DNA of 34,243 nt from Candidatus Natronoplasma sp. (GCA_048621055.1 JBMCXO010000003.1:1-34243), one strand, 5' to 3'. Positions 10,065-19,048 are shown, counted from the first letter of the stretch. A program made the numbers and translations. Notes: a model not told the origin generated them from the sequence alone.

Positions 10065-10871
10065 TCAGTCACCAACCATCAAAAATGGCACATAGCTCTC
10101 AGTGATCAATTCTTTTTCCAGATTGCTCAGAGCGAACTCTCGAAATATGTAGCGGAGTTTATAACGCCACCCACTCCTGCCCCGGCTACCTACTATAAAA
10201 TCGAACTCATTGGCCTTCTCAATTATCTCTTGATCAGAGGCACCCTTTTTGATCATCAATTTGTAATCGACCCCTACTCTCTCGGCTCTTTTCTTTATCC
10301 TGCGAGATCTAGACCCGGGATTTTGATCACCGATATGAAATGTGGTGAGACTCGCGTCGAAGTACTCTGCAAGTTTCAATGCTAAAAGAGAAGCATGTAT
10401 GGAATAAGAGCTGAAAGTAGTCGGGTTGAATATCTTTTCAGGTATTTCGTTATCACATTCGCAGGAGAAGACTAGTGATGGTATCGAGGTGATCTGAAGT
10501 GAATGTAGTGATGTATCTCCTATGTGGATCCGCTGAGCGCCTGTCTTAGAATGGGTTGCCATGACCAAAAGATCGATATCATGCTCATTGATGTGTTTCA
10601 TTATCTCCTTTGAAGGAGTTCCAGAAGGACTATTCTTTCTAACATCTTCTATACCCATCTCATTGAGGATCTCTTCCCCATTATTCAAAGCCTCCTGAGA
10701 CATTTTAGCCATCTTCGTCTGCATGAGATTTGTCTGCGGAACACTGCTATCGGAGGTGTTAACAACGTTTATCAAGTGATATTCGGCATAGGGGAAGAGA
10801 GTCGCGGTATATTGAATGGCGTTTTTCATCAACGGTGAGTTGTCAGTAGCTATCAGTAGGTTGTCAAACAT
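10065..10871 (-). CDS. Tandem-domain universal stress protein
   Basis: MFDNLLIATDNS..., GTPSKEI...DLLVMATH, and a second USP domain with DFIVGSRGRSG. Confidence 0.85.
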   Translation of the reverse strand: MFDNLLIATDNSPLMKNAIQYTATLFPYAEYHLINVVNTSDSSVPQTNLMQTKMAKMSQEALNNGEEILNEMGIEDVRKNSPSGTPSKEIMKHINEHDIDLLVMATHSKTGAQRIHIGDTSLHSLQITSIPSLVFSCECDNEIPEKIFNPTTFSSYSIHASLLALKLAEYFDASLTTFHIGDQNPGSRSRRIKKRAERVGVDYKLMIKKGASDQEIIEKANEFDFIVGSRGRSGWRYKLRYIFREFALSNLEKELITESYVPFLMVGD

Positions 10872-10966
10872 CCTTCTCAGTATTGAATTCAAAAGTAGGT
10901 ATATAACTTTTCTCATTTGGAAGCTCGAAAACCTCTTTCAAACAATCAACCCTAAAATATAAAAAG

Positions 10967-10996
10967 GAGTTTACGAAAGTCGTAACTCTTATATAC
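10967..10996 (+). promoter_or_regulatory. Palindrome (TTACGA-AAG-TCGTAA) abutting the TATA box of the 11036 regulator; putative operator
   Basis: GAGTTTACGAAAGTCGTAACTC is followed immediately by TTATATAC. Confidence 0.45.
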
Positions 10997-11035
10997 TACC
11001 ATTTGAATAATTAGTTAAGCAATTAGGTGGAAAAG

Positions 11036-11410
11036 ATGGCAAAAGAAGGTCTTACAAAAGAGCAAGAAAAATTAGTGGATAGACTCATTAAGGCAGGGCT
11101 TCAGAAAAACATTGCTAGGACTCTAGTATTTGTGGCTAGTAGAGATGAGACTAAGAGTAGAGAGATCGAAGACGCTACCGACTTGAGGCAGCCGGAAGTG
11201 TCCATTGCGATGCAGGAACTTAGGGGGAAAGGATGGGTCACGAAAAGGGATATCAAAAAAGAAGGGAAAGGCAGACCTGTTCACGGTTATATGTTAGACA
11301 ATCCTATAGAAGAGATCATCGAAGAGATCGAAGAGAAGGAAAAAGAAAGGATAGAGAACATCAAAGAGAACTTGAAAGCAATCAAAGAGTTGGCCGATTC
11401 AGCTTTTTGA
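11036..11410 (+). CDS. Archaeal winged-helix transcriptional regulator (COG4738-like, TrmB/MarR-related) with C-terminal coiled coil
   Basis: SREIEDATDLRQPEVSIAMQEL...WV......KGKGRP...Y motif; GGTGG RBS before ATG 11036. Confidence 0.82.
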   Translation: MAKEGLTKEQEKLVDRLIKAGLQKNIARTLVFVASRDETKSREIEDATDLRQPEVSIAMQELRGKGWVTKRDIKKEGKGRPVHGYMLDNPIEEIIEEIEEKEKERIENIKENLKAIKELADSAF

Positions 11411-11452
11411 ATCCTCTGAAAAATTGTCAAGTCCTCCAAAAAACTCTTGCTC

Positions 11453-12124
11453 TTAACATTTTTCTTTAAAACCCTTTTCATTTCCTATTATTATTTTATC
11501 AGCTAGGTCTAAAAAAAGTCCATTTTCGATAACTCCCGGTATGGAGTTCAATTTTTTTGACAATCCTTTAGAGTCTTTTATCTCCCCGAACCCGCAGTCT
11601 AGTATGTTATTTCCGTTGTCAGTTTTATAAATCGATCCATCGACCCTTCTGAGTTTTGCTTCACAGCCCACTTTCTCTATCTGGCTAGAGATTGCTTTCT
11701 GCCATAGAGACAAGACCTCTACAGGGAGATCAAACCCCTCTCCTAAAACGTCGACCATCTTGCTTGGATCCACTATAACGATATAATATTGTGAATTATG
11801 AGCGATTATCTTTTCCCTCAAAAGAGCGCCGCCACCTCCTTTGATAAGATTCATCTCTGGATCGACTTCATCGGCGCCATCTATAGTGAGATCGATCTTG
11901 TCGGCCTCGTCGAGTTCTACTAAATCGATCCCGGCTTTTTCCGCACGTTTTTCGGTCTCAACAGAAGTCGGTATCCCAACGATATCGAGGTCTTCTTCTT
12001 TCTTCCTTTCACCTATCTTTTTTATGGCATACTTTGCTGTTGAACCTGTACCAAGACCTACCACCATCCCGTCCTCTACGGATTCAGCAGCTCTATAGCC
12101 CGCATTTCTCTTCTCGATGTTCAT
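11453..12124 (-). CDS. rpiA: Ribose-5-phosphate isomerase A
   Basis: VGLGTGST, IDGADEVD, IKGGGGALLREKI and TDNGN motifs. Confidence 0.97.
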   Translation of the reverse strand: MNIEKRNAGYRAAESVEDGMVVGLGTGSTAKYAIKKIGERKKEEDLDIVGIPTSVETEKRAEKAGIDLVELDEADKIDLTIDGADEVDPEMNLIKGGGGALLREKIIAHNSQYYIVIVDPSKMVDVLGEGFDLPVEVLSLWQKAISSQIEKVGCEAKLRRVDGSIYKTDNGNNILDCGFGEIKDSKGLSKKLNSIPGVIENGLFLDLADKIIIGNEKGFKEKC

Positions 12125-12137
12125 CTTATCTTCCTTC

Positions 12138-12869
12138 CTAAAACGAATCCTCGATCACTCTTATTATTTTTTTGATTACATATTCATTTATCTCTTCACC
12201 CTCTTCTTTCGAGGCTTCATCCGCGTTACCTCTCATTCCCTCAGGCCAATGTCCTCCATAATCTGAGATCACTTTAAATTCTGGATGCTTGACTTCGTTG
12301 CGAGGCCTGTCCTCTCTTACAAGGTCCGGTCTGATATCCATGATCCTCGCGGTTTCTATTTCACCACCGTGTCCATCCATTTCCGAGACCTTATCCCCCT
12401 TCAATTCGTAGGCGAAGTCATAACCAGATAAAAGTAGAATATCGACATCGGTTTTTTCTAATATATCTTCAGCCGCTAATCGTAGTGCCATCATATGACT
12501 TTTACCTGAATGGCCTGAGATGATCACGATATTTTCAAATCCCTGATCTGTAAGACTTGTCAAAATATCGTAAGCTATATCTCTCAAAGTATCAAATCTT
12601 ATCGATAGAGTTCCGTACAGATGTTCTGTCGCTTTACAGGTTCCATAGTTCAGTATAGGTGCGATGATCGATCTCCCGTCAAGCCGTTTAGCCACTTCTT
12701 CTACGACGTATTCCGCTTGATATGTATCTGTCCCTACCGGTAGATGCTTGCCGTGACCTTCACTTATCCCGATGGGGAGGATAATGATAGAATCTTTTTC
12801 TTTTTCCAATTCTTTCATATCCAATTCATTGAAATAAATTGGTTTTTCTAACATATTTCTTCCTGACAT
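12138..12869 (-). CDS. Creatininase / FAPy-deformylase family amidohydrolase
   Basis: PIGISEGHGKHLPVGTD, SGHSG and DGHGGEIET metal-binding motifs. Confidence 0.85.
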   Translation of the reverse strand: MSGRNMLEKPIYFNELDMKELEKEKDSIIILPIGISEGHGKHLPVGTDTYQAEYVVEEVAKRLDGRSIIAPILNYGTCKATEHLYGTLSIRFDTLRDIAYDILTSLTDQGFENIVIISGHSGKSHMMALRLAAEDILEKTDVDILLLSGYDFAYELKGDKVSEMDGHGGEIETARIMDIRPDLVREDRPRNEVKHPEFKVISDYGGHWPEGMRGNADEASKEEGEEINEYVIKKIIRVIEDSF

Positions 12870-12968
12870 ATTTCTTCAATAGAAAGGCGGTATTAAGATT
12901 TAATCTCCTAGTTCTATACTGCCTTTAACCTCAACGATCAAGCTTTTGGAACCTTAAATGAAGAATAT

Positions 12969-14798
12969 TCAAGGAATATGTTTTATAAGCTTAGACATAC
13001 CCAGAGATTTCAACTTTTCAGGCGTTGGACCGTGATCATCCCAACCTCGCTTCTTATAATATTCATCTATAGTTTCCTGCATCTCTTTCTCTGGAACTGG
13101 ATTATCTGCACTTCCTCCTCTTGGAAGTGCCTCGTTAAGGCGGCTGGGCAAACCGTCGTCATTCCTGGTATAACTTTCCCTAGCAGAATGAATCTTTAGT
13201 AGATTGTAATTTCGCTCGCCGATATTTTGCATCTTCTTAGCATCTAGTTCTAACCCGGTAGCCGCTTCGATAATTTCTCTTATTAATGGAAGATTATAAT
13301 TCTCACCAGAAGACGAGACAACAAAGATACATAATATGGAAGAATTCACAAAAGATCTCACATCTTCAAAAACTTTGACTGCTTTAGCTTTACCATCCAA
13401 AGAGAAACGATCACTGATCTCTTTTAATCCCAGTTCTGGGATTGCCTCAGCACCAGTATCATGAAAACCTTCGTTATGTGTTCCTCCTCTGGGACTAGTT
13501 GCATAGGTCAGGCCCATTCCATTCTTACCTCTAGGATCATGCATTGGTATCTCTTGACCTTTAGAGGTGACCGCGAAGTCGGCGTCTAATTTCTCCGCAA
13601 AATTATATAGTCCTTCGGCTATTGCATCTCCGATGACCTCTCTTTTAGCGAATTGATCAACGAGTTCAACGAGTGTTTTAGAATCACCCCAATCTATCTT
13701 TTGGTCGATCAAACCCCTCTCAGAGGCCTCCATCAAGAATGCTATTATGTTCCCGACACTGATGGTATCTAACCCATACTTGTTACACTTCTGATTCGCT
13801 AGCGCGATGGAGTTTAAATCAGAGTTCATGCATAAAGAGCCTAAAGCAGAAAGCGTCTCATATTCTGGACCACCATATCTTTCTTCGACCTCCTCACCGG
13901 CGAACTCTGTCTTCACCACTCTCTTACATTTGATTGGACAACCGGTACAGTTATCTCTGCTAGTCAGTATCTCGTCGGAAAGAGTTGTGCCGTCGATCTT
14001 TTTAGAGTCTTCGAAGATTCCCTCCTGAAAGTTCTTAGTAGGTAATATTCCTAACTCATCGAATGGTTCGATTAGATCTGTTGTCCCATATGTTCCCCAT
14101 TCGATTTTACCAGACTTCTCTAGGTAGTCGAAGAACTCTTTTTTCTTTTCATTTAAAAGATCCTCGTCATATATTGGAAGTTTTTTTGTGCCTTTCGCCA
14201 AGACGGCTTTCAAATTCTTACTACCCATAACTGCTCCATACCCTGGTCTCCCTGCAGCACGATTTCTGTCATTCATTATGCAGGAGAAATTGACTAGGTT
14301 CTCCCCAGCTTCACCTATAACTGCGACTCTTCCTCCATCATGTCTCTCCTTAAGGTCTTCATCAACGTCCGCAACTTCTTCCCCCCAAATATCTTCAGCA
14401 TCATTTATGGAGGGGCCGTCCTCATCGATGGAAAGGTAAACCGGGGACTCTGCTTTACCCTTGATTATTATGCCGTCGTAGCCAGTGGTTGCCAACTCAT
14501 GAGCAAAAAACCCACCGGCAAAAGAGTCACTTATAGACCCTGTCTTTGGGGATTTAGAAAGTATCACATGACGACCAGCACCCGGTATACGAGTCCCCTG
14601 TAGAGGACCTGTTGCGAAAATCAGAATATTTTCTGGTCCTAGGGGATCTTCTCCTCCATCCATCTCATCTAACAGTATCCTTGCTCCTATACCTCTTCCT
14701 CCTAAATAGTCTCGCATCCATTTTTCTGGTATTTTATAATCGTTTAAAGATTTAGTCGATAAATCAACTTTTAGATACTTTCCAAAGAAACCTTTCAT
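12969..14798 (-). CDS. aor: Tungsten-containing aldehyde ferredoxin oxidoreductase family protein
   Basis: YLGGRGIG, KSPKTG, GAVMGSKNLKAV, CTGCPIKC (Fe-S), EYET, GLDTIS and HDPRG motifs. Confidence 0.93.
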   Translation of the reverse strand: MKGFFGKYLKVDLSTKSLNDYKIPEKWMRDYLGGRGIGARILLDEMDGGEDPLGPENILIFATGPLQGTRIPGAGRHVILSKSPKTGSISDSFAGGFFAHELATTGYDGIIIKGKAESPVYLSIDEDGPSINDAEDIWGEEVADVDEDLKERHDGGRVAVIGEAGENLVNFSCIMNDRNRAAGRPGYGAVMGSKNLKAVLAKGTKKLPIYDEDLLNEKKKEFFDYLEKSGKIEWGTYGTTDLIEPFDELGILPTKNFQEGIFEDSKKIDGTTLSDEILTSRDNCTGCPIKCKRVVKTEFAGEEVEERYGGPEYETLSALGSLCMNSDLNSIALANQKCNKYGLDTISVGNIIAFLMEASERGLIDQKIDWGDSKTLVELVDQFAKREVIGDAIAEGLYNFAEKLDADFAVTSKGQEIPMHDPRGKNGMGLTYATSPRGGTHNEGFHDTGAEAIPELGLKEISDRFSLDGKAKAVKVFEDVRSFVNSSILCIFVVSSSGENYNLPLIREIIEAATGLELDAKKMQNIGERNYNLLKIHSARESYTRNDDGLPSRLNEALPRGGSADNPVPEKEMQETIDEYYKKRGWDDHGPTPEKLKSLGMSKLIKHIP

Positions 14799-14826
14799 AT
14801 TATTCTAGTTTTTATCCACGTTTTTA

Positions 14827-14840
14827 TTTATAACCTTTTT
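14827..14840 (-). promoter_or_regulatory. BRE/TATA promoter of aor
   Basis: The minus strand reads AAAAAGGTTATAAA about 30 nt upstream of ATG 14798. Confidence 0.55.
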
Positions 14841-14854
14841 GTTTTCTTGGCCCA

Positions 14855-15124
14855 GTAGAAAACCTCTAAGCGCTCATCGAAAAGTATAGTGGAATTCGTA
14901 ACTTTTTGAACTTAGTTACGAGCCCCACAACTCACTGAGGAATTCACAAGAATTCCTCATGTCGATGGAATTTAAGTAAATTCCTACTAACTTGGAATTT
15001 CCTGTTGGAAATTCCGAGAGTCGATGGAATTTGCTCGCAAATTCCAGTAGATGTCAATAACTCTTTAAAGTTCAAAAGAGTGAGTCATTGACTATAATTA
15101 GGATGAACAGCTAAGGTTTTCTAC
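14855..15124. mobile_element. Non-coding fold-back / MITE-like element with long imperfect terminal inverted repeats and an internal hairpin array
   Basis: Perfect 11-bp IR GTAGAAAACCT (14855-14865) / AGGTTTTCTAC (15114-15124). Nested IRs TCATC/GATGA, TATAGT/ACTATA and TTTTGAACTT/AAGTTCAAAA. Four internal GGAATT...AATTCC palindromes and no ORF. Mobility is inferred; no transposase is present in the window. Confidence 0.55.
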
Positions 15125-15194
15125 AAAACGCCAACCACCCTAATGATTTATATAGCAGAAGTCTTTGATTCTTTATCGTATTATGGTGTAAAAA

Positions 15195-15344
15195 ATGGCA
15201 AGATTTCCCGAAGCAGAAAAAAGACTGTTGGACAAGAAGATATGCATGCACTGCTATGCCAGCAATCCGGTAGAGGCAAAAAAATGCAGGAAATGCGGTG
15301 AGAAAAAACTCCGCATGAAAGCTAAAGAAAGTCGAAGATTATGA
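15195..15344 (+). CDS. rpl40e: 50S ribosomal protein L40e (missed by the ORF track)
   Basis: Manual translation [49 protein letters not shown] (49 aa) matches the L40e pattern; TTTATATA box at 15147-15154. Confidence 0.95.
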   Translation: MARFPEAEKRLLDKKICMHCYASNPVEAKKCRKCGEKKLRMKAKESRRL

Positions 15345-15356
15345 TGAAAGACATCT

Positions 15357-17633
15357 CTATTTTTCTTCTTTTTTGTCTTTAGATGAACAATCCGGATTGG
15401 GGCAGAATTCCCAGTCCTCCTTTTTCTTCCTAGCCATCTTTTGCAGAGGCGCACCACACTTTTCACACTGTTTTCCAGCGAATTCAAGACCCCCTTTCTG
15501 AGGCAGCGGATAAGTATTTTTGCAGTCGGGATAATTCGAACAACCTAGGAATCTTTTACCCTTATACGAACGCTGCTCTCTCATATCTCCACCACATTCA
15601 GGACACTCTCCTCTGTACCTTTCTTTCTTGTTATAATCACATTTCATATCCACGCAGAGCTTCTCAGTATCTCCACCGTGGTAAACCTTGATCATCGGTG
15701 ATCCACACTCGGGGCACTCTCCTTTAGCGGGTTTTACGGTGCCGGAACGAGGTATATTATAAGTGTTTTTACAATCTGGATAGTTACTACAGCCCACAAA
15801 TCTACCTTTATTCGATTTTCTGATCACTAGGGTTCCGTTCTCACATCGGGGACATTCTCCTACAGCGTTCTGATCTCTAAGAGAGCGTTTCAATTCCTTA
15901 CCGATCTCTTCCTTGTCTTCTTTCAAGGATTTTACAACTCTTTGAAGCATCTCTCGGGATTCCTCTATAACTTTTTCCTTTTCTATATCAGCCTCGGCTA
16001 TCTTCTTCATGTCTTCTTCGAGAGTTCTAGTCATATCGGGTTTCGTGACCATATCCGCATGTTTCTCAAGCGTCTCTATCACGCTTTTACCAGAAACAGT
16101 AGAGCGAGGCACTTTCCCCTCTATGAAGTTCCTATTGTAGAGTTTTTGTATAATCCCATGTCTTGTACTCTTGGTTCCCAGGCCCTTATCTTCCATCAAC
16201 TGGACCAATTTTCCCTGTGAATAGCGGTTAGGTGGTTGTGTCTCCTTTTCTTCCATATTCACGTCGGAGACGTCTACCTTTTCTCCTTTTTGGAGTGAAG
16301 GTATTTCAGTCTCTTTGAACTTGTAGTAGGGATAGTACTTTCTCCAACCATCTTTAACGAGTTCAGTCCCACTAGTTTTGAACATCTCCTCTTTTATGTC
16401 AAACTCTGCATTTCTCAATCTTTTCACGCCGTAAGGAGCTAAAGTAGCGAGAAAACGCCTCAAAATAAGTTCGTAAACTTTCCATCTGTTACCGCTCAGA
16501 TCGCTCTTTGTCGCAGGTTTGATAGGATATATAGGAGGATGATCTGTGCTTTTCTTTTTTCCCTTCGTAGGCCATATCTTATCTTGAGATAGTATTTCAT
16601 CTATTTCCTCAGTAAATTCAGAAGATCTTAACTTTTTCAGGTGGCTCTCGAGGTGTAGACCATCGGGATAAACTGTATTTTCAGTTCTTGGATATGAGAT
16701 CCATCCCGCAGTGTACAGGTCTTCAGCGGTACTCATGGCCTGAGAAGGACTCATGTTCAACTTATTGGCATCAGAAAGAAATTTAGTCGTATTGAAAGGC
16801 GAAGGTGGCCAATCTTTTTTGGTTTTTTCATCGAAGGAGATTGTGGTTGCTTTATCGGCCATTTCCACTTTTTTATAGATTTTGTCAGCTTTTTCCTTAT
16901 CCCATATCTTGCTCTTCTTATAATTAGCTTCGAATTCTATGTTTTTTTCGAGCATCGCGCTTATCTTCCAATAAGGTTCGGGATCGAAGTCCTCTATCTC
17001 GATGTCTCTGTCCACTACGATTGCCAAAGTAGGACTCTGGACCCTTCCTACAGAGAGGTAATCCTTGCCGTACTGGCTGGACGCCTTGGAAAGAAATCTA
17101 GTCAAGACCGCACCCCAGGCTAGATCGACAACCTGTCTAGATGCGGCGGATTCAGCAAGATTCACATCTACTTCTTTCAGATCGGAGAAAGCATTTTCCA
17201 GTTCTTCCTTCGATAAAGAGCTAAATCGTGCTCTTTTAACAGGGATACCGTCGAGTTCTTTCTTAACTAGTCTCACCGCCTCCAACCCTATGAGTTCTCC
17301 TTCTCTGTCGTAATCAGTAGCCATGATTATCCGATCGGCCTTTTTACCGATTTTTTCCAAAAGATTGACTATCCTTTTGGCGGTGATCTTTTTCTCTGGT
17401 TCCACCCAGATGAGGTCTTCCTCGTCGACTTTACTCCAGCTGTTGTATTCGTCGGGATAATCATATTCGACTATATGTCCACGAAGAGGAACAGCTATGT
17501 AGTCGTCATCCTCTCTTTCAAACTCAAAGTAAGGGTAATCGTAGTAAGATTTTTGAGTCTGATTTCCTCCAGAGAGGAGAGACGATAACCGGGCCGCGGC
17601 ACTTTTCTTCTCACAGATCACTAGTGTTGTCAT
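15357..17633 (-). CDS. topA: DNA topoisomerase I (type IA) with four C-terminal C4 zinc ribbons
   Basis: TOPRIM (ICEKKSAA, ATDYDREGE), SVGRVQSPTL, catalytic GWISYPRT, GLGTKSTR and four CxxC...C...C ribbons. Confidence 0.96.
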   Translation of the reverse strand: MTTLVICEKKSAAARLSSLLSGGNQTQKSYYDYPYFEFEREDDDYIAVPLRGHIVEYDYPDEYNSWSKVDEEDLIWVEPEKKITAKRIVNLLEKIGKKADRIIMATDYDREGELIGLEAVRLVKKELDGIPVKRARFSSLSKEELENAFSDLKEVDVNLAESAASRQVVDLAWGAVLTRFLSKASSQYGKDYLSVGRVQSPTLAIVVDRDIEIEDFDPEPYWKISAMLEKNIEFEANYKKSKIWDKEKADKIYKKVEMADKATTISFDEKTKKDWPPSPFNTTKFLSDANKLNMSPSQAMSTAEDLYTAGWISYPRTENTVYPDGLHLESHLKKLRSSEFTEEIDEILSQDKIWPTKGKKKSTDHPPIYPIKPATKSDLSGNRWKVYELILRRFLATLAPYGVKRLRNAEFDIKEEMFKTSGTELVKDGWRKYYPYYKFKETEIPSLQKGEKVDVSDVNMEEKETQPPNRYSQGKLVQLMEDKGLGTKSTRHGIIQKLYNRNFIEGKVPRSTVSGKSVIETLEKHADMVTKPDMTRTLEEDMKKIAEADIEKEKVIEESREMLQRVVKSLKEDKEEIGKELKRSLRDQNAVGECPRCENGTLVIRKSNKGRFVGCSNYPDCKNTYNIPRSGTVKPAKGECPECGSPMIKVYHGGDTEKLCVDMKCDYNKKERYRGECPECGGDMREQRSYKGKRFLGCSNYPDCKNTYPLPQKGGLEFAGKQCEKCGAPLQKMARKKKEDWEFCPNPDCSSKDKKEEK

Positions 17634-17680
17634 CGGATTTGTTCTACTCAGGGTAGGTTATTTAATTCTTCTGTTGGGGA

Positions 17681-17785
17681 TCAAACGCTAGAATTGCAAG
17701 AGTCAAAGCCGCAGTCAAAACACACACCGCATCCTTCTGAGGGACGATAATTTTCCGATCCGCAGCTGGGACAGTTATCTCTCAT
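17681..17785 (-). CDS. 34-aa CPxCG-type zinc-ribbon microprotein (missed by the ORF track)
   Basis: ATG 17785 to TGA 17681 encodes MRDNCPSCGSENYRPSEGCGVCFDCGFDSCNSSV. A TTTTTTAA TATA-like box lies ~23-30 nt upstream, consistent with a leaderless transcript. Confidence 0.75.
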   Translation of the reverse strand: MRDNCPSCGSENYRPSEGCGVCFDCGFDSCNSSV

Positions 17786-17842
17786 ATCTGAAAATTGAGG
17801 TAGAGAGTTAAAAAAGTAAAGGGAGGGGGTTAGTGAAAGTGC

Positions 17843-19048
17843 TCACCCTTTTCTGATCTCTCCGACGATAACTTCCTCTTCACTTTTGTCTATAGTGATA
17901 TCTATACCACCGATGTTTCCTTCTGAGATGCAGTAACCATCGATGAATTCTTCTAGTGTCAATCTCTGAGAAGGGTATGGAGGGAAAAGAGAGGTTTTTA
18001 AAGCCGCTTTAATACCATGAGGCATCCCGTCGGAACCGAAGACCAGATCTTTCCCTGGTACGAAGTCAACCTCATCGATCAACATCCTGAAGGGATTGTT
18101 CATCCTCAGATATTTTCTTGATAATCTGTCGCTGTAGTGCTCGGAATCCGAACTGAAATTGGGTTGCATGCTTAAGGTAACATTCAGAGATTTCGCCCTT
18201 TCCGCTGTATCTTTATCTATGAACTGTGCGTGCTCTATCCTGACTTCTGGTAGATTAGAGATGTTCTCCAATGTATCGACAACTGTCTCGGTAGCTCTGT
18301 TTCCTATCGCATGGATCGAGACCATATTGGTATCTATCTCTTCTATCAATCTTTTTAGGTTATCTTTATCGTGAAGGAGAATACCGTCGTCACCTTCCGG
18401 ATAAGACTCTTTTATAGCGGCTGTTTTGGGGCCAAGAGCACCGTCAGTAAATATCTTGATCCCTTTTATCTTGTTTTGCGCTTTCCCGCTCATCTCTTTA
18501 TATGTAGGGAGGTCCGTCCAAAAGTCAGTTCTCTCGGTTAGACTAGAATTCCTGAAAATTTTTAACGCTTCCTCAGATGGTAACAGCATATCCTCTGTCC
18601 TCCATACTCCTTTGTCAAGTAAAAAATCGTAGAGGGAGCAGAGCTTATCTTCATTTAGACCTTCGACCTCTATCAAAAACTTCATAATCTTAGGTAAGTT
18701 CGCTTCCATCCAATCCGGATCCTTCATATTATGGAGTATTTCCGGTTTCTTATGAACCCTCTCTACAAGCTCTTCGGCTTTACTGTTGGAAACGAAGCCA
18801 TGGAAAGAAAGGTTGCAGATTATGACCGGCGGTAATCTTTCCAGTTCTTTTTCAGTGAAGGAAAAGTAGGAATTGTTCCATCCAAGAACCACGTTAACTC
18901 TATCCTTTTCTGTGTTCCTGTTGATGATCGAGATCGCTTCATCTTTGTTTTTTATGTCTGAGATGTTAGCAGAATCGAAAAATGCTGCATATTGGCTCGG
19001 ATGGTTATGATGGTCGTAGAGTAACGGGATGGTCTCCTTTCTAGACAT
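17843..19048 (-). CDS. Metal-dependent amidohydrolase (Amidohydro_3 / YtcJ-like)
   Basis: DHHNH, KIFTDGALGPKTAA, IHAIGNRA, RIEHAQ, SMQPNF and GSDG motifs. Confidence 0.85.
   Translation of the reverse strand: MSRKETIPLLYDHHNHPSQYAAFFDSANISDIKNKDEAISIINRNTEKDRVNVVLGWNNSYFSFTEKELERLPPVIICNLSFHGFVSNSKAEELVERVHKKPEILHNMKDPDWMEANLPKIMKFLIEVEGLNEDKLCSLYDFLLDKGVWRTEDMLLPSEEALKIFRNSSLTERTDFWTDLPTYKEMSGKAQNKIKGIKIFTDGALGPKTAAIKESYPEGDDGILLHDKDNLKRLIEEIDTNMVSIHAIGNRATETVVDTLENISNLPEVRIEHAQFIDKDTAERAKSLNVTLSMQPNFSSDSEHYSDRLSRKYLRMNNPFRMLIDEVDFVPGKDLVFGSDGMPHGIKAALKTSLFPPYPSQRLTLEEFIDGYCISEGNIGGIDITIDKSEEEVIVGEIRKG

Noticed and set aside
14936-15046. CRISPR mini-array
   Set aside because: The units are self-complementary hairpins of unequal length without identical repeats separated by 30-40-nt unique spacers; there are no cas genes in the window.
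15254-15487. 77-aa minus-strand ORF
   Set aside because: It overlaps the topA 3' end in another frame and rpl40e antisense; no recognisable motif.
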